48,097 nucleotides of DNA from a virus (taxonomy: Duplodnaviria > Caudoviricetes): IMG/VR virus record IMGVR_UViG_3300025723_000004, positions 1 to 48,097 of that record; one strand, given 5' to 3'. Below the pieces are notes generated by a model. That model did no database searches, was not told the DNA's origin, and was given only the letters and a program-made list of their open reading frames with translations. Shown here piece by piece: positions 43,975 to 48,097 of the stretch (its first letter is position 1; every line of letters starts with the position of its first letter). A program made the position numbers and the translations under genes.

Positions 43975-44181
43975 TTAAACAGTTCTTAACACGGTGTCTT
44001 TTTCCGGTGATATTTCAATGATATAATGCTCAGAAGATTTAGTTCCTTGTATTAACCCAATCAATATACCGCCATCTGCACAAAGCCGAATACCGTGTAC
44101 CATGTACGGATTTTGGTCTATGTCTGTTTTTAAATAAACGATTTGCCCAAAATCAAACGGTATGTCAATCGTGGTTATCAC
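43975..44181 (-). CDS. Small hypothetical protein
   Basis: TAGTG coupling with the scaffold stop; FDFGQIVYLKTD SH3-like pattern. Confidence 0.6.
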   Translation of the reverse strand: MITTIDIPFDFGQIVYLKTDIDQNPYMVHGIRLCADGGILIGLIQGTKSSEHYIIEISPEKDTVLRTV

Positions 44182-45020
44182 TATTCTTTAAAGTCAAAAT
44201 TTGCGTTGGTGTCGGTAATCTGTTTAAGTAATGCCTGCGCCTGTTGGCCGTTTTCGCTCATACCATTGGCGGCAAGGTGTTCTTTAAATTGTTTCATGTT
44301 AGAAATACCCAGCGGGTTGCCCTTGCTGTCGCCGGCTGCCCGTCCGCCAGGTGCAGGGGGTGCAGGTGTTGCGGCTTTACCCAGTTTCCTTTCTTCCACA
44401 AAACCCACCAAAGCATCTTTTACTGGTATTGGTTTCATGTCGGTTTGGTTGGCCACTACTTTACCATCACGCTTTACCACTAATTGCCCGTCCTGTTCTG
44501 TTATCTCGTTGTTCATCTTAATAATAGCCACCCACTCTTGATTAGTCAGGTTGTCGGGCTTGCGGTCAATCGTGTGGCTTAATATCTCCGTGTCAAGCTG
44601 GGCCATCTTGGCCGCTTTAATGGATGCCTCTTTTTCAGCGGTCAGGTTGGTAAGGTTTGCCCGTAGTTGCTCAATAACACTGTCTTTTTCGCGCACTTTG
44701 TCGCTCTCCTTAATACCAGCATCGGCAATTACCTTTTTTTGGTATTCGGCAATAAACTTTTTGCCGTCCTTGCTGCCCTCTCCCTCATAATCAAGGCCAA
44801 CGGCCTCTTTCAGTTCCTTTACAGCAATTTCTTTGCCTGCTTTGATGCCCACGGTTTTCATGCTTTCATCACGGCTGGTCAATTCCACGTCCGTAAACAC
44901 TTTAACCTCAGGCACATCAAAATCGGCCTCCTTGTCGTCCTTGATAGCTGCAATCAGCTTATCAACATCAAAGCCTTTCAGCAAGGCTTTTAACTTATCG
45001 GCGGTAGCTTGTTTTAGCAT
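44181..45020 (-). CDS. Capsid scaffolding protein, putative
   Basis: Charged coiled coil, Pro/Gly linker, C-terminal helix; upstream of the capsid gene. Confidence 0.7.
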   Translation of the reverse strand: MLKQATADKLKALLKGFDVDKLIAAIKDDKEADFDVPEVKVFTDVELTSRDESMKTVGIKAGKEIAVKELKEAVGLDYEGEGSKDGKKFIAEYQKKVIADAGIKESDKVREKDSVIEQLRANLTNLTAEKEASIKAAKMAQLDTEILSHTIDRKPDNLTNQEWVAIIKMNNEITEQDGQLVVKRDGKVVANQTDMKPIPVKDALVGFVEERKLGKAATPAPPAPGGRAAGDSKGNPLGISNMKQFKEHLAANGMSENGQQAQALLKQITDTNANFDFKE

Positions 45021-45021
45021 G

Positions 45022-45603
45022 TTACTTGTTTAGGAGTATGTTAATATCGGTTTCCAAATCCAGCCCCTGAGCGATGGCCCATTCCTTATAGGTAATCAGG
45101 TCGCCGTTTTGGTTAGCGCCTTTTAGCAATAAGAATTTAAACTTACCATCATCACCCGCGCCTAAGGCAAAGGCGTTTTGAGAGAGTGCACCGCGTGGCT
45201 CAATAAACTTGGGAGCCAGCTTTTTACCCAACTCCCAGCCGACGATAATAACAGCCTTGGTGCCGGGATTGTAGGGGTTGATGACTTCTTTTTTGATGAT
45301 GCGGCTTTCAAACTCGTCAAACCACTTGTAAAATGGGTGGTTATCCTGTTCAGCCTTTATTTGCTCCGGCGTTTTGTGCTTTTTGTTAGCAACAACGGCG
45401 GCAACTGGTTTGGCGGGGGCCACTGGCGCGGGCGGTTCTTTGTGCGCCGCAGCTTGCACCTCGGCTATTTTTGCAGTCATTTCCGCAATATCCTCGTCAG
45501 AGAACTTGCGCCCGTCGCTGCGAAGGGCTTCGTTAAGTTCATCGCCGGTTAACCCGCCATATTCCGCGATGATAGATTCTAAGCGTTTGTAATGGATTGG
45601 CAT
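45022..45603 (-). CDS. Hypothetical head-module protein
   Basis: Two domains joined by a Pro/Ala linker; operon spacing. Confidence 0.6.
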   Translation of the reverse strand: MPIHYKRLESIIAEYGGLTGDELNEALRSDGRKFSDEDIAEMTAKIAEVQAAAHKEPPAPVAPAKPVAAVVANKKHKTPEQIKAEQDNHPFYKWFDEFESRIIKKEVINPYNPGTKAVIIVGWELGKKLAPKFIEPRGALSQNAFALGAGDDGKFKFLLLKGANQNGDLITYKEWAIAQGLDLETDINILLNK

Positions 45604-45613
45604 AATTTTTATT

Positions 45614-45817
45614 TTACATTTTAATAATCCGGCTTTGTTTTTGGTCGTTGGCCGCCTTTAGCTGCGAAAGCACGTTAATTGTGTTCACGTACTCCAAAAG
45701 CTCTTTGGAAAGCTTCACCAACTCTTTTGCCGGAATGTTTTCAGTTTTCAAAATGTGGTCTTCGGCATCGTTAGCAGCTTTGCTAACGGCCTGTATGTGT
45801 TTTTCTATAATACTCAT
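45614..45817 (-). CDS. Small hypothetical protein
   Basis: ATGA overlap with the portal stop. Confidence 0.55.
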   Translation of the reverse strand: MSIIEKHIQAVSKAANDAEDHILKTENIPAKELVKLSKELLEYVNTINVLSQLKAANDQKQSRIIKM

Positions 45818-47514
45818 GCTGCTGCTGTTTCGGTTAAAGAGGCTACCTCTTCAATAATAGAGGCTATTTTAGGCTGCACGTAGGCAATCAATGCCATACG
45901 TAAAGCATCGTCATTTTTCATAATCCAATCCATATCCGTTAGTGTGCTTGCCCATTCGCTGAAATATGTCTTACAGGCTTTATCCTCATTGGTAATAGAT
46001 AAAGCACTCACCTGTGCCACCGTCATGTGTACCCATGGCTCTACCCGCATCTGTTTTAAGGCTACCTGCAATTGGATAGGGCTGCTGCAATACTTGGATT
46101 CGTAGTAATCTGTCAACAAGTCATCCAGCACACTTTGCGCTGCACCCGAAGTCCTTGCTCTGTTGTATTTATCCCAAACAGAATCAGGGGCCTCAATGGC
46201 ATAGCGGTCGCCATACTTTATTTCGCAGCCTTTGTAAGAACTGCCATACATCAACCCGGCGCACAGCTCAACGATAAAGGTTTCAATACTCTCGCACCAA
46301 TGGGAATAAGCACACAGGGCAATCTGCATGGCGCCATCCTCATGCACTACCTCGGTGGCGGTTTTATCATCCTTGGCCGCCTTTAACTGGGGTTTCATCT
46401 TTGGCAATACGCCCCATTTGGTAAAATAAGCCTGTTCATATAGCCTGTCAAGGTCTTGTGTGGCTAAATCCCACGCTTCAATAGGTGGCGTAGAATAACC
46501 GTCAAACTGTGTAGGGATGGAGATTTTGCCGTCCATGCTTTCCGGCATGGGGATAACGATTTCATCGCGTACGCTGGAACGCTTTTGAAAACCGGTGCCT
46601 TTACAATCGGGGCAATCGTTGCCGCCCACGGCCCTTGTACCTTGGCAAGTAGGGCATACTGACTGCATGCGCCAGTGTTTGGGGAACATGTGCAAGTTCT
46701 TCCATATCTCAAACACGCTGTTTTGGGTAAGGATGGAGTTTGCCAGCTCTACAATTACGCTATCGGGGCTAATAAACAGGTCTGAGTTAAACTCGTACAT
46801 GTCAGATAGCACCATTGCCGGGCAGGTTAAAAACAGGTTAGGCAGTGTTAATTCCGGTATTTCGGTAACCTCTTTGCCATCCCACATCACAATCTTATCC
46901 GTTACCTGGTCAACAACCCTGTAATATTTAGACTGTTGCGGCTGGCTTTTCATGCGGTCCAGTATATCACTGGAGCTTTGCGCTTGTAAAGAATATTCCG
47001 CAGCTTCTTTGTTGGAAAGCGTAAATATTACCAACTCGCATTTACGGCCGCTCAGCTGGTAGTAAAAAATATCTGCACTGCTTTTGTACGTTGGGTACGG
47101 CATACCGTCATTACCTATTTCCAAATATACCAGCCCGTTAGGGTCTATGTGGTAGCCGTCTAATCCTGTTGTGGCAATCCAGCGGCGCAGGCTCATACCT
47201 TTACGGATATTCGCACAAAAGGCGGTAAACTGTTTTAGCTGGTTGTCAGGCAGGTTGATAATGGTAGAGCCACCTTTTGCCGAAAACACCTTTGCAATGG
47301 GTGCATGTAGCCGGGCGAACATATCCCGGTTAGAACGGGAATATTTTTGGCGGATGTTCTTTTTTTGCTCGGTCTCAAATTCGTCCATCGTTTCAATAGC
47401 ATCGGCCATCCCTTTGCCAGTAATATGCATGTTAAGCCGCTTTGATTGCTTTTGTGCTTCAATCAATTGCTGCCTTAGCGGATTATTGGCGAATATGTCG
47501 TTAAGATTGGCCAT
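45814..47514 (-). CDS. Portal protein with DnaJ-type zinc-finger insertion
   Basis: Follows terL, about 566 aa, KTATEV motif; CPTCQGT...CPDCKGTG; likely ATG at 47514. Confidence 0.8.
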   Translation of the reverse strand: MANLNDIFANNPLRQQLIEAQKQSKRLNMHITGKGMADAIETMDEFETEQKKNIRQKYSRSNRDMFARLHAPIAKVFSAKGGSTIINLPDNQLKQFTAFCANIRKGMSLRRWIATTGLDGYHIDPNGLVYLEIGNDGMPYPTYKSSADIFYYQLSGRKCELVIFTLSNKEAAEYSLQAQSSSDILDRMKSQPQQSKYYRVVDQVTDKIVMWDGKEVTEIPELTLPNLFLTCPAMVLSDMYEFNSDLFISPDSVIVELANSILTQNSVFEIWKNLHMFPKHWRMQSVCPTCQGTRAVGGNDCPDCKGTGFQKRSSVRDEIVIPMPESMDGKISIPTQFDGYSTPPIEAWDLATQDLDRLYEQAYFTKWGVLPKMKPQLKAAKDDKTATEVVHEDGAMQIALCAYSHWCESIETFIVELCAGLMYGSSYKGCEIKYGDRYAIEAPDSVWDKYNRARTSGAAQSVLDDLLTDYYESKYCSSPIQLQVALKQMRVEPWVHMTVAQVSALSITNEDKACKTYFSEWASTLTDMDWIMKNDDALRMALIAYVQPKIASIIEEVASLTETAAA

Positions 47515-47540
47515 ACCTGAAAGATATTTGACATTCAAAA

Positions 47541-47557
47541 GTAAATAAATTATTTAC
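47541..47557. promoter_or_regulatory. Late-gene palindromic box, copy 5 (GTAAATA-AAT-TATTTAC), overlapping an exact TACTTTTG -7 element
   Basis: Perfect arms; minus strand reads ...TATTTACTTTTG. Confidence 0.75.
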
Positions 47558-47570
47558 CAAACATAAAAAT

Positions 47571-48097
47571 TTATTGCGTAGTGATTTCAAAGCGTTTTTT
47601 ACCCCGCTGGTCATTCACAACATACCCCACGGCATCAATATGGTGGTTATAAGCATCCTCAGGGTCATTGGTGTAATTGCCGTACTTATCTTGGGCATAG
47701 ATGTAGTTATTTATTTCGTGCCATGCCTCGGCGTGTTCTTCCACGCAATACAGCTCCATACCGTCCATTAAGGCAATACGTTGGCTGATAGCGTCTGCAC
47801 CTTTTACGCAAGGCACCACATAAAAGCCTTTTAAAATGCCCGGGTATTTGGCCGCATCATCTGCGCTCACCTCATGCAGCTTAAACCCGTGTTTAAGTTT
47901 CATAATGGCTTTAGCGTCGGCATTATCGGCAATTATCCTATCCGCTGGGGTAAAACCTAAGGTGCAATACAACTTAGCCAATTCCAGTGCGCTCATAGGT
48001 TTGTAGTTGATAAGCCGCCACCAACACCGATTTTTGTCAAATTTAACCCCTACCAGCGCGGCAGGGCTGGCGGTGCCAAAGTCTTGCCCGTAATACT
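47571..48097 (-). CDS. terL: Terminase large subunit, C-terminal nuclease part
   Basis: IIADNA, EINNY, PEDAYNHHIDAVGY; in frame with 1..941. Confidence 0.93.
   Translation of the reverse strand, partial: YYGQDFGTASPAALVGVKFDKNRCWWRLINYKPMSALELAKLYCTLGFTPADRIIADNADAKAIMKLKHGFKLHEVSADDAAKYPGILKGFYVVPCVKGADAISQRIALMDGMELYCVEEHAEAWHEINNYIYAQDKYGNYTNDPEDAYNHHIDAVGYVVNDQRGKKRFEITTQ
47971..48097. repeat. Terminal overlap copy, identical to 1..127
   Basis: Exact match. Confidence 0.95.

Noticed and set aside
237-47771. Numerous plus-strand ORFs opposite long minus-strand genes (for example 13380..14111 and 36388..37260) and minus-strand ORFs inside cI and the integrase
   Set aside because: Antisense shadows of well-supported genes, with no recognisable motifs.
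1-48097. Stop-codon reassignment
   Set aside because: Long genes are intact in the standard bacterial code, TAG and TGA both end well-packed genes, and there is no suppressor tRNA.

Overview
The window is an apparently complete, circular (47,970 bp plus a 127-bp assembly overlap) temperate tailed-phage genome, siphovirus-like. The host is most likely Bacteroidota, based on TAnnTTTG -7 promoter elements, A-rich start contexts without Shine-Dalgarno sequences, and signal peptides followed by Gln. Almost everything is on the minus strand. The late region runs terS, terL (split across the contig junction), portal, scaffold, major capsid, head-tail genes, tail tube, tape measure, tail/fibre genes, SGNH hydrolase, holins, spanin, endolysin and accessory genes. 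The early region runs cro, small ORFs, tRNA, Rad50-like ATPase/RecT/MBL nuclease, SNF2 helicase, two DNA methyltransferases, Gp37/Gp68, initiator, loader, a DnaA-domain-IV protein and DUF1064. A plus-strand lysogeny operon carries cI and a large serine recombinase. The most notable non-coding signals are: (1) five covarying hairpins with GGU loops at 23-24 nt periodicity in the major-capsid 5' leader, followed by a sixth hairpin that buries the start codon; (2) a 17-bp palindrome GTAAATA-N3-TATTTAC in front of five late transcription units, with DnaA-box-like half-sites and a stand-alone DnaA-domain-IV/coiled-coil protein as candidate regulator; (3) a tRNA-3'-end-like putative attP inside the integrase ORF that would remove a hydrophobic C-terminal tail on integration; (4) two initiator-like tRNA(CAT) genes with altered anticodon stems, one followed by a candidate structured ncRNA. 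All protein calls come from motif recognition and synteny by eye; no database searches were run.
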